Assembly (NCBI RefSeq): GCF_030028105.1 | Contig: NC_092383.1 | Span: forward strand, 86,385,921 to 86,449,920 | DNA from: Mobula birostris | Lineage: Eukaryota | Length of the DNA stretch: 64,000 bases | Reading direction: 5' to 3' | Shown: piece after piece, positions 12,050 to 24,631 of the stretch | How positions within the stretch are numbered: the stretch's first letter is position 1 | How the letters are laid out: each line of letters begins with the position of its first letter | Translations under genes and position numbers: made by a program | Notes under the pieces: model-generated | Told to the model about the DNA's origin: nothing | Databases searched by the model: none | The model's input: the letters and a program-made list of their open reading frames with translations, nothing else

Positions 12050-14035
12050 TCCATCAGAACATGGACTTTGCAACGAGAGGGGAGAATGTGTTGGACCTTG
12101 TTTACACAAACATTCCCGACCCCACCTCAGCTACTCAGACCACGTCTCTGTTATGCTAATCCCAGCGTACAGACAGCACGTCAGGCGCGCCAGACCTGTT
12201 CAGAAGCAGGTGAAAACCTGGCCAACAGGAGCCATCTCTGCTCTTCAAGACTGCTTTGAGCACACTGACTGGCACATGTTCAGGGAGGCTGCAACTGACG
12301 GCGACTCTACCAGCTTAGAGGAGTACACGGCATCAGTGACTCAGCAAGTGCGTCGATGACGTCACTGTGGCCAAGACCATCACTACATGCGCTAACCAGA
12401 AGCCATGGATGACCACAGAGGTGCGTGCGCTGCTGAGGACCCGTGACTCCACCTTCAGAGCAGGCGACAGGGCAGCCCTAACAACAGCAAGGGCCAAACT
12501 GTCCCGGGCCATCAAAAAGGCAAAGCGTGCACACGCCCAGCGAATCCACAGCCACTTCCAGGATAGGGGCGGCACGTGGCACCTGTGGAAAGGCATTCAG
12601 AACATCACCAACTACAAGACAACACCACCTGCCTGTGCTGGTGATGCCTCCCTCCCAGATGCGTTGAATAACTTCTATGCTCGTTTTGAGGTGAAAAATG
12701 ACATGGCAGTGAGGAAGACCACTCCTCCTCCGAACAACCAGGTGCTGTGTCTTACCTTGGCTGATGTGAGGAGAACCCTGTGCAGGGTCAACCCATGGAA
12801 GGCTGCTGGACCAGACAATATTCCTGGCAAAGTGCTTAGAGTATGTGAAGACCAGCTAGCTGAGATTCTCACTGACATCTTCAACATCTCCGAGCAGCAC
12901 CGTCGTTCCTACGTGCTTCAAGGCTGCCACCATCGTCCCCGTGCCGAAGAAGTCTTCAGTGTCCTGCCTCAACAACTACCATCCCGTCACACTCACAACC
13001 ATCATCATGAAGTGTTTCGAGAGGCTCGTCATGGGGCACATCAAGACCCTGCTGCCCCCCTCACTGGTCCCCCTGCAGTTCATGTACCGTCCCAACCGTT
13101 CAACAGACGATCCTATTGCCATCACCCTCCACCTGGACAAAAAAGACACTTACGTTCGAATGCTGTTCATAGACTTCAGTTCAGCATTCAACACAATCAT
13201 TCCTCAGAAACTGATTGGAAAGCTGAGCCTACTGGGCCTGAACACCTCCCTCTGCAACTGGATCCTAGACTTCCTGACTGGGAGATCTCAGTCCGGATTG
13301 GAAGCAGCACCTCCAACACCATCACACTGAGCACGGGGGCCCCCCAGGGCTGTGTGCTCAGTCCACTGCTGTTCACTCTGCTGACCCACGACTGTGCTGC
13401 AACACACAACTCGAACCAAATCATCAAATTTGCCAATGACACGGCCGTGGTGGGTCTCATCAGCAAGAATTATGAGTCAGCTTACAGAGAGGAGGTGCAG
13501 CAGCTAACAGACTGGTGCAGAGCCAACAACCTGTCCCTGAATGTGAACAAAACAAAAGAGTTTGTTGTTGACTTCAGGCTTCAGGAGGACACGGAGCGAC
13601 CACTCTCTGCTGAACATGAATGACTCCTCCGTAGAGATCGGTAACAGCACCAAATTTCTTAGTGTTCACATGGCGGTGAATCTCACCTGGTCCCTCAACA
13701 CCAGCTCCAGAGCAAAGAAAGCCCAGCAGCGTCTCTACTTTCTGCGAAGGATGAGAAAAGTCCATCTCTCACCTCCCGTCCTCACCACAGTCTACAGAGG
13801 TTGTATTGAGAACATCCTGAACAGCTGCATCACTGCCTGGTTCGGAAATTGCACCATCTTGGATCGCAAGACCCTTCAGCGGATAGTGAGGTCAGCTGGG
13901 TAGATCATGGGGATCTCTCTTCCCACCATTACCGACATTTACACCTCACGCTGCATCCGTAAAGCAAACAGCATTATGAAGGACTCCATGCACCCTTCAT
14001 ACAAACTCTTCTCCCTCCTGCCATCGAGCTGCCAT
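12050..14035 (+). mobile_element. Rex1/Babar-clade LINE ORF2, frameshifted
   Basis: NQKPWM...[61 protein letters not shown] motifs across ORFs 12367-13903. Confidence 0.9.
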
Positions 14036-14768
14036 AGCAATCCATAGAAATGGATACATTAACAAAGGTTAAGAGACATTTTGACAGATGTGTGGATAGG
14101 AAAGGCTTAGAACAGGGCTTCACAAACTTTTTTATGCCATGGACCTTACAATACTTAATTCATCAACTTCAGTTTGTTTATTTATGTGTAATTAATCTGT
14201 AGATTTCATTCTCACTTTCATAAACTATTATGCATTATGTATACTGCAGTGCTTTGCATCTTGGTTTGGAGAAACATTGCCTCACTGGACGGTATACATG
14301 TATATAGTTAAATGACAATAAACTTACCTTGACTGGACTGGACTGGACTTGATCCCAGGTTGGGAGCCCCTGGCAGAGAAGGATATGGAATAAATAAAAT
14401 TAAATGTGCTGAACTTAGATGAACATCCTGGTTGGCTTGGACGAGTCAGGCTGAAGGGCCTGTTGTTCTAATATATATCAAAGACATTATGATTCTATAC
14501 ATGAGCTTCAACTGCTATGCTTAAATTTTTAAATAATTGGGGAAAAGAAATTTTTCTTTGATCTCAGGCTTGACGCATGTTCAAGAAAATCAGGAATACT
14601 CAGTTTCCAAGATATGAGTTTGTTGAAGTTAATCATGTCAAATATGATAAACACTAGTTGAAGAGAAACAGATTTCTCTCCCAACTGGCTCTACTTGGAA
14701 GCAGTAGCAGTAAAACCACCCGCAGCGAAAACCTTATACTTTACATCTGAGCTGGAGTAGTTTCTTAC

Positions 14769-14823
14769 CTTTGTGCGGTTGTCATCAATTCTGTCACAGT
14801 ATTTTCACAGAAATCAATTCTCC
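14769..14823 (-). CDS. Candidate 55-nt connector exon ((G)RIDFCENTVTELMTTAQ(S))
   Basis: Strong acceptor ttttattttattttcttttaacag and donor AAG|GTAAGA; open only as phase 1 to phase 2, which fits C2-to-TM joining. Confidence 0.55.
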
Positions 14824-14944
14824 CTGTTAAAAGAAAATAAAATAAAATTTCATCTGCTTTGTACTTGCAAGAACAAGAGAGCACAGTTATTAGACCAATA
14901 GGTACTTGAACATGGTGGACCAAAGGTGATCTATTACCTGATGC

Positions 14945-15270
14945 ACATTTAAAGATTAAAGATGAGCTTTATTTGTCGCATGTACATCTGATCATACAGT
15001 GAAATGTATCGTTTACAACAGTTACCAACAGAGTTTGTGCTGGGGGCAGCCTGCAAGGGTTCCATGCTTCTCGCACCAAAATGGCTTCCATAGGACTTAC
15101 TCATCCTAACCTGTGCATTTCTGGAACGTGGGAGGAAACTGCGGCACCCAGAGGAAATCCTCGCAGTCACTGGGAGAACATACAAACAACTTGCAAACAG
15201 TGGTGGCAATTGGACCCTGATCGCCGATCGCTGGTGCTGTAATAGTGTTACAGTTAATTGCTGTGCTCCT
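14945..15270 (-). mobile_element. V-SINE (HE1-like)
   Basis: Reverse complement of the V-domain core (gggtttcctctgggtgccgcagtttcctcccac). Confidence 0.7.
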
Positions 15271-16544
15271 GTGCAGCCAATTACATTTACTGGCAATTTG
15301 GATACAGGGAGATAATCCAACAGGATAATGCAGGAGGTTTTCTCAATAAAAAAGCAAAGTCTTTTGTTTCTCACATCTCTTGATGTCTCTACCTCTGAGA
15401 AAAATAACTCAATCTTTCTTGAATACTGGTTCACCACATTCTGGGAGAAGAAATCTTTCCTAATCCCAGTCTTAAATGTCTCACCCTTCAGATAATTTCT
15501 AAGATTCCAAGCTTACTTACTTACTGTCCGTTACACCACTGGTGTTTAGGGCAGCAATGAAGGTGTCCTATCTCTGGCAGTGTTCGGGGCTTCCTTCATT
15601 GTGTCAGTAGGTTCCTCTCGGTTTTCACTGCTGTCAGTCATGCAAGTCCCAGGTAGAGACTGAGCAATACCGTCAAACTCTGATGGAGAGGAATTTTTCA
15701 TTTCTGTTTCCATGACAATTTTGTTGAACCAATCAGGCTTGTCAGTCCTGAGTGAACCCCCCGAACCTGGAGGATTGGGGGACCACTCTAAGTCTGGCCC
15801 CTACCCTCTGACCTGTTCGGCATGGGTGACCCGATGAACTGCCAAAGCATAAAGCCCTCACTCCAGCCAACGTAGCTCTCTGCGTCATTGAGGCATGCAA
15901 ACCTCCAAATCTAACGACAAATTTGTGGTTCTCTTGGAGGTAAGTCTCATTAGACTATCCTGTATTCCCTGGCATTTGAAGCATCCTACCTGCATCTGTA
16001 TCACCCTGCTAAAATATTGCTCATTTCTATGTGATCACCTCTCAGCCTACTGAACTCCATCAAATAAAAACCAATTACATTTGCTCTCTGATCTTGTGTC
16101 ACTTGTGGCATTCCAGAAATCAGTCTGCTGATCCTTTGCTTGCCTTCTTCCTTAACAAGAACATCTTTCATTGAACCAAATCTGCTGACAATGCTGGTGG
16201 CCCAAGAGTGAGGCTCAAGTCAGTGTTTGACTGATTTAAGCTTCAGGCCAGAAAGGAAAGATCGGGTATGGGCCAAATCGAGGCAGTGATTCCCGGGTAC
16301 AAGAGTGTATCAAAGCAGCAAGAACCCCTACCATCCAAGTCATGCTCTCTTCTTGCTGCTGTCAGAACGAAAGAGTTGCAGGGGGCTTAGATCCCATATC
16401 ACCAGGTTCTGGACCAGTTGTTATCTTCAACCTGTAGGCTCCTGAAACATCATGGATAAATTCACTCACCAACACTGAACTGATTCTGCAACCAATGGAC
16501 TCACTTTCAAGGATTCTACAGTTCATCTTCTCAGTATTTATTTA

Positions 16545-16950
16545 TCTATCTCCTTCACCTTTCCCCATTCCCCTTTCCCTCTCTCACCAATCTCCTAACT
16601 TGCCCATGACCTCCCCCTGGTGCTGCTCCACTTTCCCTGCTGCCCGTGGCCTTCTGTCCCCTCCTATCAGATTTCCCCTCCTCCAGCCCTTTATTGCTTT
16701 CTCCAATTGACTTTCCAGCTCTTTACTTCACCCCTCCCACTCTCTCAATTTCACCTTGTACTTCTCCATCTCCTCCCACTGACTTTCTTAGGTTGACTTC
16801 TAATCTCCTTTCCTTTCCAGTCCTGATGAAGGTCTCAGCCCGAAATGATGACTGATGACTCTTTCCAATAGATATTCCCTGGTCTTCTGAGTACCTCCAG
16901 CAATTTGTGTGTGGTGCTTTGCTTTCCAGCATCTGCAGATATTCTCTTGT
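16545..16950 (+). mobile_element. Penelope-like 3' end inserted in a Rex1-type tail (duplicate at 18785-19180)
   Basis: Pyrimidine-rich tract followed by cctgatgaaggtctcagcccgaaa...ctccagcaatttgtgtgt; related copies at about 32.7-33.0, 35.5-35.9, 42.3-42.6 and 46.1-46.5 kb; the family name is an inference. Confidence 0.55.
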
Positions 16951-17262
16951 TATTATTTATTATTTGTTTCTTTTGTATTTGCACAATTTGTCTTATTTTG
17001 CACATTGACTGACAATTTTTGAGTGTTTGTAGTTTTACATTGAGTCTGTTGTATTCATTTGTATCTACTGTGAATGCCTACAAGAAAATGGATCTCGGGG
17101 TAGTATATGGTGACAAAAACTTAATTTACTTTCAACTTTGAAGTGGTTTATCTTGGAAAGACTATCTTAATGAATGGCCAGAAATATTACCAGATGAGAT
17201 ACATTCACACCCAGCCAGCGAGAGCAGATCAGAGACAGGAGACCCTGTGCTGAGAGACTCAC

Positions 17263-17296
17263 ATTTGAACGGCTGTGCCGAAAAGCTTTTCATTCT
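17263..17296 (-). CDS. 34-nt connector exon, intact copy ((E)NEKLFGTAVQ(I))
   Basis: gtttcag acceptor, AAT|GTGAGT donor; phase 1 to phase 2; the AT end plus the first T of the TM exon gives Ile in frame. Confidence 0.6.
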
Positions 17297-17425
17297 CTGA
17301 AACGTGGTGACAACATACACTTCATGCTCCTGTGTGAAGTTCCAACAACACAATATCCAGCACACATCAGTCATTCAGTTGTACTCCATTGATCATCATA
17401 AAGATTCAAACCCTCCAGCACTTAC

Positions 17426-17557
17426 CCATGCTGTTGACTTCAATCACATTTCTGCAGGTGCTGACATTGTTGGAGATGGACATACTGACCACTTCACTGG
17501 ACTTCTCTCCATTAATATTTGAGGCTTTGCAATAATACAGATAATTTTTGTATTCAA
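17426..17557 (-). pseudogene. C2-type Ig exon, 3' half only (cut by the duplication breakpoint)
   Basis: LYYCKASNINGEKSSEVVSMSISNNVSTCRNVIEVNSM|GTAAGT; 5' half replaced by the start of unit 2. Confidence 0.85.
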
Positions 17558-19514
17558 GTACACTTTTTATGCAACAGGATAATGCAGGAGGTTTTCTCAA
17601 TGAAAAGGCAAGGTCTTTTGTTTCTTATATCTCTTGATCGCTCTGCCTCTGAGAAAAATAACTCAATCTTTCTTCAATACATGTTCACCACATTCTGGGA
17701 GAAGAAATCTTTCCTAATCCCAGTCTTATCTGTTTCACCCTTCAGATTATTTCTAAGATTCCAAGCTTTCTTACTTACTGTCCGTTACACCACTGGTGTT
17801 TCGGGCAGCAATGAAGGTCTCCTATCTCTGGCAGTGTTCGGCGCTTCCTTCATTGTGTCAGTAGATTCCTCTCAGTTTTCACTGCTTTCAGTCATGCAAG
17901 TCTCGGGTAGAGATGAGCAATACCGTCAAACTCTGATGGAGAAGGATTTTTCATTCCTGTTTCCATGACAATTTTGTTTAACCAGTCAGGCTTGTCAGTC
18001 CTGAGCGAATCCTCCGAACCTGTAGGATTGGTGGACCACTCTAAGTCTGGCCTCTACCCTTTGACCTGTTTGGCATGGGTGACCCGATGAACTGCCAAAG
18101 AATAACAGCCAACATAGCTCTCTGGGTCATTGAGGCATGCAAGCCTCCAAATTTGTGGTTCTCTTGGAGGTAGGACTCCACAGACCATCCTATATTCCCT
18201 GGCATTTGAAGCATCCTACCTGCATCAGTTCAGCACATATCACCCTACTAAAATATTGCTCAGTTCTATGTGATCACATCTCAACCTGCTGAACTCCATC
18301 AAATATAAACCCAATCAACCAAATCCCTGATCTTGTGTCACTTGTGGCATTCCAGAAATCAGTCTGGTGATCCTTCGCTTGCCTTCTTCCTTAACAAGAA
18401 CATCTTTCATCGGACCAAATCTGCTGACAATGCTGGTGGCCCAAGACTGAGGCTCGAGTCAATGTCTGATCGATTTAAGCTTCAGGCCAGAAAGGAAAGA
18501 TCGGGTATGGGCCAAATCGAGGCGGTGAGTCCTGGGCACAAGAGCGTGTCAAAACAGCAAGAGCCCCTACCATCCAAGCCATGCTCTCTTCTTGCTGCTG
18601 TCGGTACAAAGGAGTTGCAGGGGGCTTAGATCCCGTATCACCAGGTTCTGGACCAGTTAATATCTTCAACCTGTAGGCTCCTGAAACATCATGGATAAAT
18701 TCACTCACCAACACTGAACTGATTCTGCAACCAATGGACTCACTTTCAAGGATTCTACAGTTCATCTTCTCAGTATTTATTTGTTTATCTCCTTCACCTT
18801 TCCCCTTTCCCTCTCTCACCATTCTCCTAACCTGCCCATGACCTCCCCCTGGCGAGCCTCCACTTTCCCTGCTTTCCATGGCCTTCTGTCCCCTATCAGA
18901 TTTCCCCTCCTCCAGCCCTTTATCGCTTTCACCAATTGACTTTCCAGCTCTTTACTTCACCCCTCCCACTCTCTCAATTTCACCTTGTACTTCTCCATCT
19001 CCTCCCACCGACTTTCTTAGGTTGACTTCTAATCTCCTTTCCTTTCCAGTCCTGATGAAGGGTCTCAGCCCGAAACGATGACTGATGACTCTTTTCAATA
19101 GGTGTTCCCTGGCCTTCTGAGTACCTCCAGCAATTTGTGTGTAGTGCTTTGCTTTCCAGCATCTGCAGGTATTCGCTTGTTATTTATTTATTTATTTATT
19201 TATTTATTATTTGTTTCTTTTGTATTTGCACAATTTGTATTATTTTGCACATTGATTGTCTGACCATTTTTGATTGTGTGTAGTTTTACATTGAGTCTGT
19301 TGTATTCATTTGTATCTACTGCGAATGCCTGCAAGAAAATGGATCTCGGGGTAGTATATGGTGACAAAAACTTAATTTTCTTTCAACTTTGAAGTGATTT
19401 ATCTTGGAAGGACTATCTTAATGAATGGCCAGAAATATTACCAGATGAGATACATTCACACCCAGCCAGCGAGAGTCAGATCAGAGACAGGAGACCCTGT
19501 GCTGAGAGACTCAC

Positions 19515-19548
19515 ATTTAAACGGCTGTGCCGAAAAGCTTCTCATTCT
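19515..19548 (-). pseudogene. 34-nt connector exon copy carrying a stop codon (CAA to TAA)
   Basis: AG AAT GAG AAG CTT TTC GGC ACA GCC GTT TAA AT; splice sites intact; TAA at 19517-19519. Confidence 0.6.
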
Positions 19549-19677
19549 CTGAAACGTGGTGACAACATACACTTCATGCTCCTGTGTGAAGTTCCAACAA
19601 CACAATATCCAGCACACATCAGTCATTCAGTTGTACTCCATTGACCATCATAAAGAATCAAACCCTGCACCACTTAC

Positions 19678-19998
19678 CCATGCTGTTGACTTCAATCACA
19701 TTTCTGCAGGTGCTGACACTGTTGGAGATGGACACATTGACCATTTCACTGGACTTTGTTCCATTAACATTTGAGGCTTTGCAATAATAGAGATCTTTTT
19801 TGTATTTTAATGGTTGGCAATGTAGATCCAGTGTATTGTTATCGGAGATCTTTGAATCCGCAGATGGGGTCCTTTCGTACCATGAGTACTGAATGGGAAG
19901 GGATCCATGGACAGACTCACAGGACACTGACACGGAGTTCCCACAACTTGAGCCACTTGTTGGTGGAGAAAATTGAAGCAAAGGAACAGACACAGGTT
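19678..19998 (-). CDS. Intact C2-type Ig domain exon
   Basis: 321 nt, phase 1-1; ttttccacag acceptor, GTAAGT donor; EPVSVP..VSCES..GSLPIQYSWY..YYCKASN, FCRL/PECAM-like C2 pattern. Confidence 0.9.
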
Positions 19999-20714
19999 CT
20001 GTGGAAAACAATCAGTAAACATCTGAAAATCAAACACAGTAAAGATTTCAGCAGTTCTGTATCTCAACCAGAACCCACAAGTTTGGAATCTCAGCAGCTC
20101 ATCTGCTCCATTGTGTCTCTGCATCTTCCCATCTGTCTGAACTTCCATGTCTGTCAGTATCGCCGGAGACAGAAGGATTCCTGATCAGAACAACAGTGGT
20201 GACACTGAGAATGTGTCAGTGTGATAATCTGGGATTCAGTCTCTCTCAGCCCCAAGGAGACAGTCATAAGTGAGAGCAAACATTGTGACTTTGCAATGGC
20301 AATATTTGTGTGTGTCCTAGAAAACTCACCATAATTTGAAAGCAGGAAATTGTCAGATACGTACAAGATGAATGGTGACTTTAAGGAGAAAGTGTAATTG
20401 TGATTTGATTTCAGTGACCTACAGCAGCAAGGGAACCCATTAGTAATGATAGCTGTATGAAGACAACAAGGAATGATGTGAGATCATAGACCATAATACC
20501 ATGAAACATAGGAGCAGAATTAGGCCATTCTGTCCATTGACTCTGCTCCACGATTCCATCATGGCTGATTTATTATCGTTCTAAATCTATTCTCCGGCCT
20601 TCTTCCTGTATCCTTTGATGCTCTTACTAATCAAGAGCCTATGAAATTCCATTTTAAATATACCCAATGACTTAACCTCCACAGCTGCCTGTCACAATGA
20701 ATTCCACAGATTTT

Positions 20715-21297
20715 TTTTTAGATTATGCGAACACTCTGTCCTCCTTTATTGTCATTTAGAAATGCATACATGCATTAAGAAATGACACAATGTTTCTCCG
20801 GAGTGATATCACAGAAAACAGGACAAACCAAAGACTAACACTGACAGAACCACATAATTATAACATATAGTTACAGCAGTGCAAAGCAATACCATAATTT
20901 GATGAAGAACAAACCATGGGCACGGTAAATAAAATCTCAAAAGTCCCCGAGTCAATTGACTCCCGGGTCCCCGATAGCAGACGGCAAAAGAGAGAAACTC
21001 CCTGCCATAAACCTCCAGGCACCGTCAACTTGCCGATGCCTTGGAAGCAGCCGACACTGAGTCCATCCGTCCAAAAACTTCGAGCTTCCGACCAGCCTCG
21101 GGCCTTCTGCTCCAGAGATTCTGGTTACCATACAGTAACAGCGGCAGCAAAGCGGGCAATTCAGAAGTTTTCCAGATGTTCCTCTGTACTCTCATGTCCG
21201 TCTCAATCAAATCAGAATTGTGCACGGTCCCCTACTTAACAGATAACAGACATCACCATCGAAGTGGTTGCGCGTGCTGCTGTCGCGCCGCCATCTT
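20715..21297 (-). mobile_element. Non-autonomous retroelement-like repeat
   Basis: Minus strand begins aagatggcggcgcgac and ends in an aataaag-containing tail; sits between CR1 fragments; family not identified. Confidence 0.4.
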
Positions 21298-22400
21298 ATC
21301 CTTCTCATTAGTAAAGGCTTCATCTCCCTCTGGCTGAAGAAGTTTCTCCTCATGTCTCTTTTAAAGGGACATCCTTCCATTCTGAGTCTGTGCTTTCTGG
21401 TCCTAGATGCCCACACTGTAGGGAACCTCTCTTCACATCCACTGGGGTTTGCAATGCTCGATAGCTTTCAATAAAATCCACCCTCATTCTTCTAAACTCC
21501 AGCACGCACAGGCCCAAAGCTTTCAAATGATGCTCATACATTCAGGGAGTTTAACATCACCTGGAATTTAACAGATGGATCCCTTTAGAATTGATATACC
21601 GAGAGTTCTTGGGAAACAAGTCCATTGCTCCCTGAAAGTGGCAACACAAGTGGACATAATGGTAATGAAAGCATTCAGCACCTTTGCCTTCTTCACTCTA
21701 CATGTTGGAGGCTGAAGCTGACTGGGCATCTTGTAGCTTCATAAAACACTGATTAGGTCACATTAGGAACATAATATGTATTTCTGGTTGCAACACTATA
21801 GGAAGGATGTTGTCATTTATCAGCCTATTTTTCAATCTATTGTAGATCTCTCTGCAAGCCGTGATTGCCCCCCTGACTGTGCAATACACATACAATCTTG
21901 GTGTCATCTGCAAATTTGCTGATTCATTTTACCACATTATCATCCGGATCACTGATACAGATGCAAACAACAACAGACCCAGCACCAATCCCTGCGCTAA
22001 GCATCATTGTTGCTAAATATATTTTAATTATGTTTGCCAGCGCCCCAGTAATTTCTGTACTTGCCTCCCGTGAGGTCCGAGATAACACGTTAGCAGGCCT
22101 TGGGGATATATTCACACTGATTTGCCTCAGGAAAGCAAACACCTCCTCCTTTAACAGGGTGACGTCTCATAGAGTTCAGAAGCAGGAAAATATACTGAGC
22201 CTTCCACTGGAAACCAGTATCCCAACAGTGGATCAGAACTCACAGTGGATGAGAGTACTATGAGCGAGGTCTCCCCATCTTTGCACACTCGCCACACTGC
22301 TGTGGAGCCTCCGGATATTCCTGCTGCCCTGACTCTTCCCAGAGAAAAACTGAATCAGACATTTCGGTGGAGACAACAAATCAATCAATGAGAAACCTAC

Positions 22401-22690
22401 CATCAGATACTTGGAGATGCACATCAAACACTGGATCATTGCCAAAGGTTGTAATTCCACATCTGTAAGGTCCTGTATCATTAGAGACAAGATTCTCCAT
22501 AGTAACAGTAAATATTCCTAGGGATGTGTTATCTCTGATTGTCATTCTTCCATACTGCTCATTTGTCCCATTTGTATTCACTAACGATGTGCATTGGCGA
22601 CCCCACATGCAGCACAAATACTTTGTGTGTGAACGGTACATTGCTGCATAGTGACAATCGATTGTGACCGCTCTTCCCACAACTCCTCTT
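22401..22690 (-). pseudogene. V exon V2: open domain body but 5' end and acceptor lost
   Basis: GRAVTIDCHY...YLCCMWGRQC...DTGPYRC...VSD|GTAGGT; upstream of RRGVV there is an in-frame TGA and purine-rich non-homologous sequence with no polypyrimidine acceptor. Confidence 0.75.
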
Positions 22691-22802
22691 CTTCATCTCC
22701 TTCTACTTTAGGCCACGAACGTATCAATCACCTCTGATGTGGACCACTTTCTGGAAGTCCAAAATGCCGGCTTCTACAAAGAATGGATCTGTATGCTCCA
22801 TG

Positions 22803-24223
22803 ACTCTTTAGATGCTGGATTAGTTCCTGAGGATTGGAGGGTGGCATGTAACCCCACTTTTTAAAAAAGGAGTGAGAGAGAAACTGGGGAATTATAGAAT
22901 GGTAAGCCTGACATCGGTGGTGGGGAAAATGCTAGAGTCAGTTATCAAAGGTGTGATAACAGCACATTTGGAAAGCGGTGAAATCATCGGACAGAGTCAG
23001 CATGGATTTGTGAAAGGAAAATCTTGTCTGACGAATCTCAGAATTTTTTGAGGATGTAACTAGTAGAGTGGGTAGGGGATAACCAGTGGATGTGGTATAT
23101 TTGGATTTTCAAAAGGCTTTTGACAAGGTCCCACACAGGAGATTAGTGTGCAAACTTAAAGCATACGGTATTGGTGGTATGCTATTGATGTGGATAGAAA
23201 ATTGGTTGGCAGACAGGAAGCAAAGAGTGGGAATAAATGGGACCTTTTCAGAATGGCAAGCAGTGACTAGTGGGGTACCGCAAGGCTCAGTGCTGGGTCC
23301 CCAGTTGTTTACAATATATATAAATGACTTAGACAAGGGAATTAAATGCAGCATCTCCAAGTTTGCGGATGACACGAGGCTGGGCGGCAGTGTTAGCTGT
23401 GAGGAGCATGCTAAGAGGATGCAGGGTGACTTGGATAGGTTAGATGAGTGGGCAAATTCTTGGCAGATGCAATTTAATATAGATAAATGTGAGGTTATCC
23501 ACTTTGGTGGCAAGAACAGGAAAACAGATTATTATCTGAATGGTGCCCAATTAGGAAAAGGGGAGGTGCAACGAGACCTGGTATGCTGGCATTCATAGCA
23601 AGAGGATTCGAGTACAGGAGCAGGGAGGTACTACTGCAGTTGTACAAGGCCTTGGTGAGACCACACCTGGAGTATTGTGTGCAGTTTTGGTCCCCTAATC
23701 TGAGGAAGGACATTCTTGCATAGAGGAAGTACAAAGAAGGTTCACAAGATTGATTCCTGGGATGGCAGGATTTTCATATGATGAAAGACTGGATTGACTA
23801 GGCTTATACTCTCTGAAATTTAGAGGATTGAGGGGGAATCTTATTGAAACATATGAAGTTCTAAAGGTTTTGGACAGGCTAGATGTAGGAAGATTGTTCC
23901 CGACGTTGGGGAAGTCCAGAACGAGGGGTCACAGTTTGAGGATAAAGGGGAAGCCTTTTAGGACCAAGATGAGGGAAAACTTCTTCACACAGAGAGTGGT
24001 GAATCTGTGGAATTCTCTGCCACAGGAAACAGTTGAGGCCAGTTCATTGGCTATATCTAAGAGGGAGTTAGATATGGCTCTTGTGGCTAAAGGGATCGGG
24101 GGTATGGAGAGAAGGCAGGTACAGGGTTCTGAGTTGGATGATCAGCCATGATCATACTGAATGGTGGTGCAGGCTCGAAGGGCTGAATGGTCTACTCCTG
24201 CACCTATGTTTCTATGTTTCTAT
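22803..24223 (+). mobile_element. Young 5'-truncated CR1 with an internal deletion near 23580
   Basis: [28 protein letters not shown] motifs; (tttctatg)n tail; same subfamily as 58686-61546 and 62519-63978. Confidence 0.93.
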
Positions 24224-24631
24224 GACTGCTGGACTAAGTGTGTAAATGTAGGAGGGGACAATGTTGAAAAATAACTGTGCTAGGTTTTCTAAAATTGACT
24301 CCTTCTATCTTGGGCCACGAAATTATCAATCACCCCTCGTAATATCTGGATCCCTTTACAGTTTATGTACAGAGAGTTCTTGGGATACAAGTCCATTGCT
24401 CCCTGAAAGTAGCAACAGAACTGGATATAATGGTAATGAAAGCATTCAGCATGTTTGCCTTCTTCATTCTACATGTTGGAGACTGAAGCTGACAAGGCAC
24501 TTTGTAGCTTCATAAAACTTTTGTTTGGGCACATTTGCAACATACAGTAATTTGTAGTTCTGGTTCCAACACTCTAGAAAAGATGGAGGTTTTGGAGGAG
24601 AGTAAAGACTTTACCAGGTGAAGATAACACC

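Larger units (their letters stand above)
15318..19811. repeat. Tandem duplication, two units of about 2.25 kb (15318-17571 and 17572-19811)
   Basis: caacaggataatgcaggagg at 15318 and 17572 (offset 2254); collinear throughout, including shared repeat insertions. Confidence 0.92.

Noticed and set aside
11746-12050. Possible solo LTR starting tgtcacga
   Set aside because: No clear matching CA end, TSD or second copy, so it was left unannotated.
14640-14740. Hydrophobic minus-strand stretch LRVVLLLLLP as a second TM exon
   Set aside because: The only in-frame acceptor would leave a 30-nt intron, and the hydrophobic run is too short.
20330-20418. Exon-like segment between V2 and C2 (tag acceptor, GTGAGT donor)
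   Set aside because: It is 89 nt and open only as phase 2 to phase 1, which is incompatible with the phase-1 V donor. No paralog support.
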